Positions 29,855 through 40,428 are shown, counted from the stretch's first letter. The stretch: 64,000 bases of DNA from an uncultured Candidatus Saccharibacteria bacterium (GCA_964593375.1 CAZQIF010000001.1:6405-70404), one strand, 5' to 3'. Numbers and translations: made by a program. The notes: generated by a model not told the origin, from the letters alone.

Positions 29855-31021
29855 ATGTCTGACAAAGATTTTACAAAAGAATTACGCGAACTTTTTGAAT
29901 CAGAAGCCGGCGCCTTATTTATCCCGAAGGAGACACCCAGGAAACTTACTGTAGATGATAGATTAGCTGAGTCCTTCCAACAGATAATAAATTTTGTACA
30001 AGAAAATGATTGTAAACCAGAAATTGATTCACTAGACTTCAATGAGGCACTGCTATCAAAACGACTTGAATTGATAAAACATACACCAGAAAAAGTTCAA
30101 GCCTTAGAACAATATGATTCTTTAGGGTTGTTGGTACAGCCTGAAACACCAAAGAGTATTGAAGAGTTATTTGAAAAAGATGAGTTTGGACTTTTTAAAG
30201 GTGATGAGAACAAAATCTTCAACATTGAACACATCAAACAAAGGAAGGTTGTAAATCCAGTGGGAGAAAGAGCCACAAGGATTAAATCGGAAGACTTTGC
30301 TGAATTTGAAATAATCTTTAAAGATGCTCAGGAAAAGCTAAAGAGTGGAGATAATAAGCTCTTCGCATTTAAATCCGTCGAACAACTTCACGTAGGACAT
30401 CTTTATATTAACAGTGGACAAATGGTCTATGTTGCAAGTGAGGGTCAGATAGATGAAAAGGCTGGCTATAAGCAGCAGAGACTACGAGTGATTATTGAGA
30501 ATGGCACTGAATCGAACATGTATAGACGCTCCCTCGCTCAACGATTATATGAAGGTGGATATTGTGTAGTTGGTAACGAAGAATTATCTAGTGGTCTTCC
30601 TGATGAATCGGAAAAGATTAAAGGGTACATTTATGTCGTACGTTCTTTGAGTGAAAATTCAAAAATAAATACAATTGCAAATCTCTACAAAATTGGTTTT
30701 TCCAGAACACCGGTTTCTCAAAGAATTGCTAATGCAAAAATCGATCCTACCTACCTGATGTCTGAAGTGGATCTGGTTGAGAGTTACAGATTAACAGGAG
30801 ATTACAACCCACAAAAAGTAGAGGATATGATTCATAGGGTATTTTCAGATGTTGCCCTCGATATGAAGATAATTGATAACCAAGGTCGAGAGTATAAACC
30901 AAAGGAGTGGTATTCAGTACCAATTCATATTATTCGCGAAGTAGTTGATCTTATAGATTCTGGTGAGATTGTGAATTATGTTTATGATTCAAACCAGCAA
31001 AAGATGGAACTGGTAAAATAA
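29855..31021 (+). CDS. YeeC-like T5orf172/GIY-YIG nuclease
   Basis: GYIYVVRS...LYKIGFS...QRIANA..DPTYLM...PKEWY. Confidence 0.88.
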   Translation: MSDKDFTKELRELFESEAGALFIPKETPRKLTVDDRLAESFQQIINFVQENDCKPEIDSLDFNEALLSKRLELIKHTPEKVQALEQYDSLGLLVQPETPKSIEELFEKDEFGLFKGDENKIFNIEHIKQRKVVNPVGERATRIKSEDFAEFEIIFKDAQEKLKSGDNKLFAFKSVEQLHVGHLYINSGQMVYVASEGQIDEKAGYKQQRLRVIIENGTESNMYRRSLAQRLYEGGYCVVGNEELSSGLPDESEKIKGYIYVVRSLSENSKINTIANLYKIGFSRTPVSQRIANAKIDPTYLMSEVDLVESYRLTGDYNPQKVEDMIHRVFSDVALDMKIIDNQGREYKPKEWYSVPIHIIREVVDLIDSGEIVNYVYDSNQQKMELVK

Positions 31022-31190
31022 GCAACAAGAAATTTTTTGTATAGTAACTATATCAACCTTACCATGTGATTTTTATTTATTAAAAAAGTAATCGTGAATA
31101 GAATCTAGTTTACCTGATTGTGGACAAATATACGTTCATTAATTTAAAATTTGTAACATCAGTTGATGTGTTCGAAAAATTTGCATTCTT

Positions 31191-32507
31191 TCATTTAACT
31201 TTTTTTAGTTTGTGAAAATCTACGAGTGTCTTTCCGAGTCTGTCAATGACACCTACAACAAGAGCGTTTCCCATGAAGAAAGCTCTCCGCGCGTCGCCAT
31301 GTCCTTGTGTGTGATTGTCAGGGAACATGCACAGTCTTTCTAGTTCAAGTGGTGTGAGGCGTCGAAGACCTTTCTTAGTCTGAACCACATGTTTAAACCG
31401 TGATGGACTCTTTCCACCTTCTCCAGTAATTATAGTCCGAGAGGGTTTATCAAGTGGGTCAGGGAAGACCATACCTCCTTCTGTGTATATGAACTCAAAA
31501 CCATTTGCCGCCTTTCTTGGTTCATTCTTCGCTCCTTTTAAATACTCCCAACGTTTTAAATCATTCTCTGAAATATAGAAATCATCAGGAACATCCGTTT
31601 CATCTAACAAAATATCGCCGATTGTGATTGAGGACCCTTCATATTTTGGTTGTACCTTTACAGTGTGAATTTTGTAATCAAAAGCAATACCTGCGTTTTT
31701 AAATGGTGAATGATTAGGTTTGTAGGTTTCAAAATCATTAGAGATGATTACTGGGTCTGTGTGAAGATGTCTTGTTTGAACCTCAGAAGCAAATTCAACA
31801 GGAAAAGCTTTTGCAGTTAATCCTTTATCATGTAACCATGACTCGATAGAATTGTGAGCGACAAATTTCTCATGTATTGGAGAACCTTTCTTATATCCAA
31901 GTATAAAAATGCGCCTTCTTCTTTGTGGTAATCCATACTCAGCAGCGTTAATAACTCTCCACTCCACTACATACCCAAGTTCATTTAGAGTTGAAAGGAT
32001 AATTGCGAAATCACGACCGCGCTGTGAGGCTGGGGACTTAAGGAGACGGTCAACATTTTCCAACATAAGGTAGTTGGGTGATTTATCTCCCTTTTTTTTA
32101 AGAATATTATATATAGACCACCAAAGAACACCCTTCTTTCCTTCGAGTCCTTTAGCGGCAGAAAGATTTCTCGCAACAGAATAGTCCTGGCAAGGGAATC
32201 CACCAACAAGTAAATCGTGATCAGGAACCATATCAATGACCCGAGCGATATCCTTATTGGTATATTCATCAAAGTCACCAAAATTTCTCACATAAGTTTC
32301 ATGTGCATGCTGCTTCTTTGTTGAAGGTTCCCACTGATTGAACCAAATGGTTTCGTAGTGCTTGTGATGAGGCTTTCTGTTTCCCTTGTACCCCTCGAGC
32401 CCAAGTCGGAATCCCCCGACACCCGCAAATAATTCAACAACTTTCAAACTATCTGTTTTAGATTTTCTATTGATCTTTTTTTGATTTGTGGTGTTATTTT
32501 GTGTCAT
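31191..32507 (-). CDS. dcm: DNA (cytosine-5)-methyltransferase
   Basis: ELFAGVGG, GGFPCQDYS, ENV, QRRRR, RRLTPLE, MGNA. Confidence 0.96.
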   Translation of the reverse strand: MTQNNTTNQKKINRKSKTDSLKVVELFAGVGGFRLGLEGYKGNRKPHHKHYETIWFNQWEPSTKKQHAHETYVRNFGDFDEYTNKDIARVIDMVPDHDLLVGGFPCQDYSVARNLSAAKGLEGKKGVLWWSIYNILKKKGDKSPNYLMLENVDRLLKSPASQRGRDFAIILSTLNELGYVVEWRVINAAEYGLPQRRRRIFILGYKKGSPIHEKFVAHNSIESWLHDKGLTAKAFPVEFASEVQTRHLHTDPVIISNDFETYKPNHSPFKNAGIAFDYKIHTVKVQPKYEGSSITIGDILLDETDVPDDFYISENDLKRWEYLKGAKNEPRKAANGFEFIYTEGGMVFPDPLDKPSRTIITGEGGKSPSRFKHVVQTKKGLRRLTPLELERLCMFPDNHTQGHGDARRAFFMGNALVVGVIDRLGKTLVDFHKLKKVK

Positions 32508-32569
32508 TTAGTGCTAGCATTCTAACATGTGAGTTAAAAGTGATCAATCACTTACACCAACACACCACA

Positions 32570-33376
32570 ATGAACGCAAAAGATCAAGATAATGGTAATT
32601 TAAGTCTTGAATTAACGAGCAAACTTGCTGTAAATCTTGATGAACTCAAAACCAACGTCAGTGGTGTAAGAAGAATTGAAAGAGCAAAAGAGGCAATATC
32701 GTGGTCTTCTGGTTTAGCTTTAGAAAATCAACATTTTCATGAGATTTGGAAAGATAATAATGGTTTTTATTCTGTAAAAATGGCAAAGCCGGGTAAGGAG
32801 TTTTTTGAAACTGCAATCAGATATAAGGACGGTCACCGTGACAACAATCCAAATGATATGAGGCCGACGCTTTTTGTCGGTGCTGTACAGCAATCAAATT
32901 ATGCTACCTTCCAGGAAGTGTTTCATGAGCTCCAAATAACTTGGCGAAAAAGTGAATTTGCTGCTGAATTACTTGCTTGTCTTTTGTTTAGGTCTGCATT
33001 TATGGTTGATCATACAAAAAATAAATTTGGGGAAGAGGGCTACTGGAGATATGTCCCAAATCAAGATGTCGTTTCAATTCTCGAGTCAGAACTCAATTCA
33101 ATGCATGGCATCTCCTGTCTAGCTTTTTTGCATTATCTTGATGCTATAGGTTTAAATGAGGATGTGAAATATCTGACACTGGGTTACCCAATTCAACAAG
33201 GATACGGTAGACGTAACAACCTTCTTACTTATGTAAATATTCTCTCTATGTTTCTTGAGAGGGAGACTTTTGGAGCAGTGGCTGGTGCGTTTTCAAGACC
33301 CCCAGCTGGAGTTGCACCGATATCTCAAAGTAAAGCGATACAATTTTTCCCGTGGCTTTCAAGTGTTCCTCGCTAG
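32570..33376 (+). CDS. Putative type II restriction endonuclease of unrecognised family
   Basis: Divergent from the C5 MTase across ~60 bp; 268 aa; no catalytic motif recognised by eye. Confidence 0.55.
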   Translation: MNAKDQDNGNLSLELTSKLAVNLDELKTNVSGVRRIERAKEAISWSSGLALENQHFHEIWKDNNGFYSVKMAKPGKEFFETAIRYKDGHRDNNPNDMRPTLFVGAVQQSNYATFQEVFHELQITWRKSEFAAELLACLLFRSAFMVDHTKNKFGEEGYWRYVPNQDVVSILESELNSMHGISCLAFLHYLDAIGLNEDVKYLTLGYPIQQGYGRRNNLLTYVNILSMFLERETFGAVAGAFSRPPAGVAPISQSKAIQFFPWLSSVPR

Positions 33377-33435
33377 GATATTGACGTTGTCTTTCTTACA
33401 CAGTTTACTTTTATATAATATTTAGCTTAACTTAT

Positions 33436-34632
33436 ATGAATCAAATAATATGTCCACATTGTAAAAAGACTTTCACAATCGATGATGAGGGTTTCGCTAA
33501 TATCTTAGTGCAGGTACGTAACCAAGAGTTTGAGAAAGAGTTACATGAGCGTCTTGAGTTACTAGAGAAAGATAAAGAAAGTGCGATCAAATTATCAGAA
33601 GCAAGTTTAAAGAACCAACTACAAAGTGATTTAGCAATCAAAGATGCTGAGTTGGCGGAGTTGAAATCAAAAGTAAGTAACATTGAACTTGAGAAAAAAC
33701 TTGCCGTAACTGAAGCAGTGACTGCAATTGAAAAGGAGCGCGATGCTCTTTCATCTAAACTTCAAAACAAGGAGCATGAAAGTAAAATTCTTGAAGCCTC
33801 ACTGAAAGATAAATATGAAAGTGAACTGAAATTCAAGGATGAGACGATTGATCGCCTCAAAGATATGAAGTTGAAACTCAGCACAAAGATGGTTGGCGAG
33901 ACACTGGAACAACACTGTGAAACTGAATTTAATAAATTACGCGCCACAGGTTTCAAAAATGCTTATTTTGAAAAAGATAATGATTCAAAAACTGGTAGCA
34001 AAGGTGACTATATTTATCGCGAAGACGATGATTCAGGCAATGAGATTATCTCAATAATGTTTGAAATGAAAAATGAAAGTGATGAGACTACTACCAAGAA
34101 AAAGAATGAGGACTTTTTACGCGAACTTGATAAAGACCGTATTGAAAAGAAATGCGAGTTCGCTGTTCTTGTTTCGCTTTTAGAGTTAGACAGCGAACTA
34201 TACAACACCGGAATTGTCGATGTATTTCACAAGTATCCAAAAATGTATGTCGTTCGTCCACAATTTTTCATTCCAATCATAACCTTGTTACGCAACGCTG
34301 CCTTGAGTTCTCTTGAATACAAAGCAGAGCTTGCAGTAGTTCGAGCACAAAATATTGATATCACGAACTTCGAAGAAAATATGGAGGAGTTTAAAAGTGC
34401 ATTTGGTAAGAATTATGAACTATGGGGTCGAAAGTTTGGCGAAGCAATTGAAGGCATCGATAAGACAATTACTCAGCTAGAGAAAACAAAAGCTGCACTT
34501 CTTTCTTCAGAGAATAATCTTCGACTAGCAAATGGTAAAGCCCAAGACCTTACCATTAAAAAATTGACCCGAGGTAATCCTACAATGAAAGTAAAGTTTG
34601 AGGAGCTTTCAGATACTAAAAAGCCACTGTAA
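33436..34632 (+). CDS. DUF2130 coiled-coil protein
   Basis: IICPHC, long coiled coil, [25 protein letters not shown]. Confidence 0.9.
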   Translation: MNQIICPHCKKTFTIDDEGFANILVQVRNQEFEKELHERLELLEKDKESAIKLSEASLKNQLQSDLAIKDAELAELKSKVSNIELEKKLAVTEAVTAIEKERDALSSKLQNKEHESKILEASLKDKYESELKFKDETIDRLKDMKLKLSTKMVGETLEQHCETEFNKLRATGFKNAYFEKDNDSKTGSKGDYIYREDDDSGNEIISIMFEMKNESDETTTKKKNEDFLRELDKDRIEKKCEFAVLVSLLELDSELYNTGIVDVFHKYPKMYVVRPQFFIPIITLLRNAALSSLEYKAELAVVRAQNIDITNFEENMEEFKSAFGKNYELWGRKFGEAIEGIDKTITQLEKTKAALLSSENNLRLANGKAQDLTIKKLTRGNPTMKVKFEELSDTKKPL

Positions 34633-34634
34633 AA

Positions 34635-35006
34635 ATGAAAGCAAATAATAAAAGTATTTTAGGTCTACTAAACAGAGCAAAAATTTATGGCCTCCCAGAG
34701 GAAAAATTAAGGGAAATTTTACTGAGAGATAAAAACTGTATTTTTTGCGGTATAAAAATGAAGACTCACGTATCCTCTATTGGAACACCACGAGATAAAA
34801 AGACAATTGAGCATTTTAGTAATAAAGCTGAATGGGGAGAAGCGGTTGATGTCGGTATTTGTTGTGGTAGCTGCAATTCGAGTAAAAGTAATAAAAAAAT
34901 ATTTGATTGGTTTAAAACTAAATATTGCCTAGAACGAAATATCAATGAAAGAACAGTGGCAGAGCCAGTCAAAGATTATATTAAGAACAATAGTAAAAAG
35001 AGTTAA
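34635..35006 (+). CDS. HNH endonuclease
   Basis: RDKNCIFCG...TIEH...CCGSCNSSKSNK. Confidence 0.85.
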   Translation: MKANNKSILGLLNRAKIYGLPEEKLREILLRDKNCIFCGIKMKTHVSSIGTPRDKKTIEHFSNKAEWGEAVDVGICCGSCNSSKSNKKIFDWFKTKYCLERNINERTVAEPVKDYIKNNSKKS

Positions 35007-35052
35007 TAAGTATCATATAGTTCATCATATGTAACTAGTTTGAATAAGGAAT

Positions 35053-35358
35053 ATGGAAATCAAGAATAGCATTGAGGAAATAACTGAATTGGCTGAAAAA
35101 AGTGAGGAAGATACGTACATGGGATTAAAATACTCTATTTTGATGAGTGTTGTTGGAGCTTTATTATGTTATTACGCACATGGATTGTTATGGTGGGGAG
35201 GAGTTTTTTTGTTAGGACTTGCATTAAGGGATTTTTTTCAGAGAGAAGGATATCAAAAAGGATTCATCAGTGGATATGATGCCGGTGTTGAAGATGCGTC
35301 TCCAGATAGTACTGAATATAAAAACTGGTTATCCGGAAATGAGGACAGTCACGATTAA
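35053..35358 (+). CDS. Small 2-TM membrane protein
   Basis: Two hydrophobic segments followed by EGYQKGFISGY. Confidence 0.7.
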   Translation: MEIKNSIEEITELAEKSEEDTYMGLKYSILMSVVGALLCYYAHGLLWWGGVFLLGLALRDFFQREGYQKGFISGYDAGVEDASPDSTEYKNWLSGNEDSHD

Positions 35359-35360
35359 TT
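35335..35360 (+). repeat. Junction direct repeat, copy 1
   Basis: AAATGAGGACAGTCACGATTAA versus AAATAGGGACAGTCATGATTAA at 37208 (19/22 identical). Confidence 0.7.
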
Positions 35361-35467
35361 TCAAAGTATCGGGCCACCTCACGGGTACTTCTTCCTTCGC
35401 GCACCATACGCACCGCCTGTGCGTGGAGACGTGGTAGTTTATCATTTGTGCAATATGTCATTTTCAT
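35361..35467 (-). pseudogene. N-terminal HTH remnant of an IS481/IS3-like transposase
   Basis: MTYCTNDKLPRLHAQAVRMVREGRSTREVARYF, cut off at the junction repeat. Confidence 0.6.
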
Positions 35468-35580
35468 ACCTTAAGCCATATGTGATTACAAAGTACTGAA
35501 CAATTGCGATTGATTGACGAGCATCGATATAAATTGTATAGTTCTGTTGTTAGAGGTGGTAAATAACTCACATTTTTTAT

Positions 35581-37203
35581 ATGAAAAAGGCCATTATTTC
35601 GTTCGCCGTTGCACTCATTCTGGTACCATCAATTTCCTTTGCGGCAACACCTCCCAATATGGCCGCTCTAGAGGCACATAAAATTCAGATAATGGAGCAA
35701 CTTATCGTGCTTCTTAAAGCACAAATCGAACAGCTTGTTGCCATTCTCGCACAGCGTCAGATGGTTTTGGGGGTAAGCACAACTACTCTTACCTCCTCGC
35801 CTACTACAACCACTGAAACGACTGTCCCCATAGTTAAAAAGAAACGGTCTGGCGGTGGTGGAGGTGGTGGTTCTTCGCACAGCAATCCTCCCCCAGAACC
35901 GCTCGTTCTCGATATGACTGCGCTCGAGAATCATTTCACTATTTCTGCTAATTACCCACTCGACCCACAGTTCATCACAGTGACCCTTAACCAAGCACCT
36001 GAATATACAGAAATACCGACAGTGCTTTCACTCCATAGTGCTGTGAGTGATGGTTCATTTCAAGATATTGAACTCACCAAAGTACCAAACGAACTCGCAT
36101 ACACCGTTGATATGCGTGCACGACTTGGGGCTGGTTTGAGTTTTATTGGAGAGTTTGATGTAGTCTTCCCTGATGCTCTTCTTCCTGAAGTATTTGAGTA
36201 CACCACCTATTGGGACGGCAATGGTGTAACAAGAACTACTAGTATGACAAATCCGGGCTTAATAGGAGATGACCTCAATTTTATGCAATCAGCCGAAAAC
36301 CCAGATGCGATGACTTTTGCTCTTGATGAGGATGAAAAAGTTGAATACGGCATCTTCGCGTTTGACCTCTCCACTGTAGAGAGTGTTGGCTACGTTACTC
36401 TCAATCAAATTAGCATCAACGTTACTGTTGGAACATTCGCATCAGGATCAAATCTAGATACGCTTGTTAATGACTTTCGTATTGAAGTTGATGGAGTGTC
36501 TTATGATGCTGAACCATATGTAGGAACTGGTTCTTCTGCATTAATAACTTTTGACATAAATGGTGAGCTAGCAATCCTCAGAAATCAGACTGTAGCTGTC
36601 GTTCTATTTGCTGACTTCAATTCGATGGATAGTGTAGACGAGGGTTCGACAATAGTCGCTTCTGCCTCAGCATCAGGTATCAGTACCATCGAACCAATAA
36701 CGGTGGATGGAGGAACGGTCACGGGAGATACGCACACATTAAGGGTTAGTGGTGCTTTTAGTGAAGCAACCGATGAATCAGTATCAATGCAAGAAAATAG
36801 CGATTTTACTACTGAGGATAATTCAGGAATCTTCACCATTGAGTTTGATGTGACGGGATTTGGAACGGACTTGTACATCGATGATTCTGCTGTTCAGGGA
36901 ACGAATCTCGGTATCGAAGGAGTGAATTACTTAATGATGACAACGGATGGTGCAACGACCTCTGGTTCAGCGGTTGCGTCGGTTAGTTCTACTGCAAGTA
37001 ATGAAGGTGGGCGTTACTTAGTCTCTGAAGGTGAAACCGAAAGCTTTACACTTACCGTTGAGTATGACCCAGTGTCATCAGCATCGTATAGGATGCAACT
37101 ACACAGCTTGAACTTTAAGAACATAAATGGTGACCCCGACACACAGCAACTAACAATTCCTGTTGAGGATTATCGAACCAGCAATCTTGTGATTTTGAAT
37201 TAA
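35581..37203 (+). CDS. Secreted surface protein with beta-rich domains
   Basis: Signal peptide, short coiled coil, Thr/Gly linker, acidic Ser/Thr-rich beta domains. Confidence 0.8.
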   Translation: MKKAIISFAVALILVPSISFAATPPNMAALEAHKIQIMEQLIVLLKAQIEQLVAILAQRQMVLGVSTTTLTSSPTTTTETTVPIVKKKRSGGGGGGGSSHSNPPPEPLVLDMTALENHFTISANYPLDPQFITVTLNQAPEYTEIPTVLSLHSAVSDGSFQDIELTKVPNELAYTVDMRARLGAGLSFIGEFDVVFPDALLPEVFEYTTYWDGNGVTRTTSMTNPGLIGDDLNFMQSAENPDAMTFALDEDEKVEYGIFAFDLSTVESVGYVTLNQISINVTVGTFASGSNLDTLVNDFRIEVDGVSYDAEPYVGTGSSALITFDINGELAILRNQTVAVVLFADFNSMDSVDEGSTIVASASASGISTIEPITVDGGTVTGDTHTLRVSGAFSEATDESVSMQENSDFTTEDNSGIFTIEFDVTGFGTDLYIDDSAVQGTNLGIEGVNYLMMTTDGATTSGSAVASVSSTASNEGGRYLVSEGETESFTLTVEYDPVSSASYRMQLHSLNFKNINGDPDTQQLTIPVEDYRTSNLVILN

Positions 37204-37204
37204 A

Positions 37205-37231
37205 GGAAAATAGGGACAGTCATGATTAACT
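37205..37231 (+). repeat. Junction direct repeat, copy 2
   Basis: GGAAAATAGGGACAGTCATGATTAACT immediately after the stop codon. Confidence 0.7.
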
Positions 37232-37294
37232 CATGGGCAAATCATAAGCACTTAGTCATGAGACGGCAAGAAGGAGTCCGTATATAATTCATAG

Positions 37295-38410
37295 ATGCTC
37301 GAGAATAATTTCTTACTCAGACTCTATCGAGGTGATATTGATTTTGTTGTATCCTTTTGGGTTTACTCAATATTTGTTCCGATTGTTACTTTTTGTATCG
37401 TTGGCTTCTTTATTGATGTATTTAGTGACGATATATTTCTCGCAATCGCAATTTTTTATATTTTTTATGTCATCATTGCATGGATTGGTACGTGGCGAGC
37501 AGGAAGAAGGCATGCTGGGTCTGTGAAAATTAAAGAAGCATTGCAAGCACTTTTTATTCTCATCATTGTCTACGGTGTATACAGTGTCAGTTCGGAGAAT
37601 ATGGCTGACAAATCACCTGAGAAAGTAATCATAACGCAGGGAACAACAACTATTACGAATAATGTAGATAATCAGACAGAAGCTGATTCTGAAGCAGCCA
37701 CAGAAGATAAGTGTAATGTTGTTGCGATTGAAATGCATGGTGGTCTGCTCACGTACATTCCAACAAAAGGCTACGACGACATGTTTGAAAATTATGGTGA
37801 CACAGTCGCGAGTGAAAATATAACATCAACTATTACATCAGCAAATAAAACTGAGAATATTAAAGCAATCATAATAGAAGTTGATTCGGGCGGAGGTTCG
37901 CCGGTCGCGGCTGAGGAAGTAGCTATTGCGATAAAAAATAGTGAGAAACCAGTCGTTGCATTTATTCGTGAAGGAGGACTTTCTGCTGCGTACTGGGGAA
38001 TTAGTAGTGCAGATAAAATCTACGCATCAAAAAATTCAGACGTGGGGAGTATCGGTGTAACTATGTCGTATTTGAGTAATGCTGAAAACAATGAAAATGC
38101 TGGTTATCGGTATGAGCAACTCAGTTCAGGCAAATTCAAAGACTCTGGTGACCCTGATAAATCGCTCACTGACGAGGAGCGAGAACTTTTCATGAGAGAC
38201 ATTAATATTATTAGTGAAAACTTCATTCAAGCAGTGGCAGAAAATCGAAACATACCGATTGAAGAGGTGACAAAAATTGCTGACGGTTCGTCAGTGCTTG
38301 GTGAGGCTGCTAAAAATTTAAGATTGATTGATGAAATTGGTGGACTTCCTGAGGTTTTGAAGGAAATTGAAGCTCGCATTGGTGAAAAACCAGTCCTTTG
38401 TTGGGATTGA
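37295..38410 (+). CDS. sppA: SppA-type S49 peptidase with N-terminal membrane domain
   Basis: DSGGGS, GLSAAYW, VGSIGV, SGKFKD, GEAAKNLRLIDEIG. Confidence 0.9.
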   Translation: MLENNFLLRLYRGDIDFVVSFWVYSIFVPIVTFCIVGFFIDVFSDDIFLAIAIFYIFYVIIAWIGTWRAGRRHAGSVKIKEALQALFILIIVYGVYSVSSENMADKSPEKVIITQGTTTITNNVDNQTEADSEAATEDKCNVVAIEMHGGLLTYIPTKGYDDMFENYGDTVASENITSTITSANKTENIKAIIIEVDSGGGSPVAAEEVAIAIKNSEKPVVAFIREGGLSAAYWGISSADKIYASKNSDVGSIGVTMSYLSNAENNENAGYRYEQLSSGKFKDSGDPDKSLTDEERELFMRDINIISENFIQAVAENRNIPIEEVTKIADGSSVLGEAAKNLRLIDEIGGLPEVLKEIEARIGEKPVLCWD

Positions 38411-38466
38411 TATTTTATCGACACATACGCCTTTAACGTGCGAGTGTTGGTGTATCATTAATCCAT

Positions 38467-38811
38467 ATGGCCTACGTTGAGGACTTATACGATATTCAAG
38501 AAGTTACAAATGCGCTTCATGAACTATTTGCTGGCTCTGGACTTCAGGTGGAATTTGAGGAGGTGTACATTGGCGACCTCCACACAAGTTATCTCATAAA
38601 CTTGCCACAACCCGAACAACTCGCGGAATACAAACCACTTTTATATGATGCGGTTGCAGAACTTCTCGGTACGACAAACTTCACCATCGAAGCTCCTGTT
38701 GGGGAAACCAATAATCAAATGCTCATAACGCTGCTCATTCCATACATTGAAAGTGAGGAAAGTTTTTTTGATACCATCAAGTCATACTTTCAAAGTTGGA
38801 ATGATTTTTAG
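38467..38811 (+). CDS. Second stand-alone FtsK alpha-domain-like protein
   Basis: LQVEFEEVYIGDLHTSYLI...LLGTTNFTIEAPVG...LLIP resembles the alpha-domain pattern LHSY...LGSSKVEIQAPIP. Confidence 0.55.
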   Translation: MAYVEDLYDIQEVTNALHELFAGSGLQVEFEEVYIGDLHTSYLINLPQPEQLAEYKPLLYDAVAELLGTTNFTIEAPVGETNNQMLITLLIPYIESEESFFDTIKSYFQSWNDF

Positions 38812-38841
38812 TACACAATCCCTGAGTGATATAATATTTTA

Positions 38842-40107
38842 ATGAAATTAACTAAAAAACAGCTTTTCGGTTTACTTGCAGTTATTTTTATTTTTGGAGC
38901 AATATATTACATATTTTTTTATTCACCTTCGTATTTTTCATACTCAAGTTGTAGCAACAGTAGTCTTGGATTACCAAATCGAATTGAGTCTGTGGAATGG
39001 TCTGGTAATGATTTGATAGTACACACGAAAGCAAATGCTAATTGCGCAATACGAAAACTTGTAGGTAACTACTCAGTTTCAGGAGAAACGATTACTCTTA
39101 CGGTTGAATCAAAATTCTGGCCTGTATTTGCAATGTGTAATTGTGCATACAACAGTACGTTTGTGCTTGATTCTCTACCCAAAAAGGATTATACGATTAA
39201 CTTACTTATCGAAGGGAGACAAACCGACACTTTAACGTACAAATCAAATGGTGAAGTGAGTGATTATTGTGATAGTGATAGAAGTTATACGTGCTATGCC
39301 TCATACGCAGGAGATGTCCAACGGTTTAACCTCTTCACTAAAAATATGGAGACAAAGGTGACTCAACCAATGATTGTATACGATACAGAGGAAAACAAAC
39401 GTATAGCAGAAAGCGACCCAAATTTTCTCAGACTTTTCAAAAAATATGATATGCCTTACGTGAATAACTACAAAGTGGTACGTTTCTATTTTGATGAAAA
39501 CTCACAAGGCATTCGTATAAAAAGCACCGACTCAGTTGAGAGTGAGTCCGGGGCAGACAGCCCGCTTTCAGTACGTGACTCAAGCGCAAGAAATTTTACA
39601 GAAGGAGTTGAGCAGTATGTTGCAGCAAAATCATTCTTGGAATCTCAAGGTTCACTCGAGTGGAATTTGAAAAAACGACTTAATTTAGAAAATCTTAGCA
39701 TCCATGCAAACGAAGCGGGCTTTGATTTTTCCATCAATGGTGAACCATATTCTTATCAAGGTCCATTTAGTGGTTATGAACAAAAGGGGAGTATAAATTA
39801 CGGCGATATGCGATTTGATTTTGAAACTGGATTTCCGACTGTGTCAGAACTCGAGCGCACAACATTAAACTCGTTCATTGATGTTGTGAATAGAGTTCAT
39901 ACGCTCATCATAAACGACACTAACATTGATGCAGAGAGCATAATCTTCATTTCAATTGACATGCAAAAAATGACTGCAAGCTTTAATGCACAGACAAATC
40001 CAGAAAAGGAAGGGAAGGAAGAACACATAACCGTACATAATTACGACATTACGAAATACATTCCAATACAAAAATCGTATAATCTTGATATTAGTCTTCC
40101 AGAATAA
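38842..40107 (+). CDS. Membrane-anchored exported hypothetical protein
   Basis: N-terminal TM; Cys-containing ANC...CNC domain. Confidence 0.8.
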   Translation: MKLTKKQLFGLLAVIFIFGAIYYIFFYSPSYFSYSSCSNSSLGLPNRIESVEWSGNDLIVHTKANANCAIRKLVGNYSVSGETITLTVESKFWPVFAMCNCAYNSTFVLDSLPKKDYTINLLIEGRQTDTLTYKSNGEVSDYCDSDRSYTCYASYAGDVQRFNLFTKNMETKVTQPMIVYDTEENKRIAESDPNFLRLFKKYDMPYVNNYKVVRFYFDENSQGIRIKSTDSVESESGADSPLSVRDSSARNFTEGVEQYVAAKSFLESQGSLEWNLKKRLNLENLSIHANEAGFDFSINGEPYSYQGPFSGYEQKGSINYGDMRFDFETGFPTVSELERTTLNSFIDVVNRVHTLIINDTNIDAESIIFISIDMQKMTASFNAQTNPEKEGKEEHITVHNYDITKYIPIQKSYNLDISLPE

Positions 40108-40119
40108 TTATCTAATCAT

Positions 40120-40371
40120 ATGAGTATAGAAGGAGCACCAAAATCACAGTCTAAAGGCCCACAACCAAATTTATCTGATCCCGAGGCACGAAATGCTGAA
40201 ATGATACGAGAGCGCGACCGAATTCAAGGAGAAGTTGATGAAATACAGACAGAGATTTTTGAACTTAATGAAAGTACTGATCCAGACAAATACTCAAAGA
40301 TTAAGGAACTACATCGCAAACAAGAAATGTTAGGAGCGGAAATGGAAGCGATGATGAAACGGTATTCGTAG
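40120..40371 (+). CDS. Small coiled-coil hypothetical protein
   Basis: 83-aa ORF. Confidence 0.65.
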   Translation: MSIEGAPKSQSKGPQPNLSDPEARNAEMIRERDRIQGEVDEIQTEIFELNESTDPDKYSKIKELHRKQEMLGAEMEAMMKRYS

Positions 40372-40428
40372 CAAACTCTCTAAGAGACCGTAGAGAGTTT
40401 GACTTTGGTGTTGATATATAATAATTCA

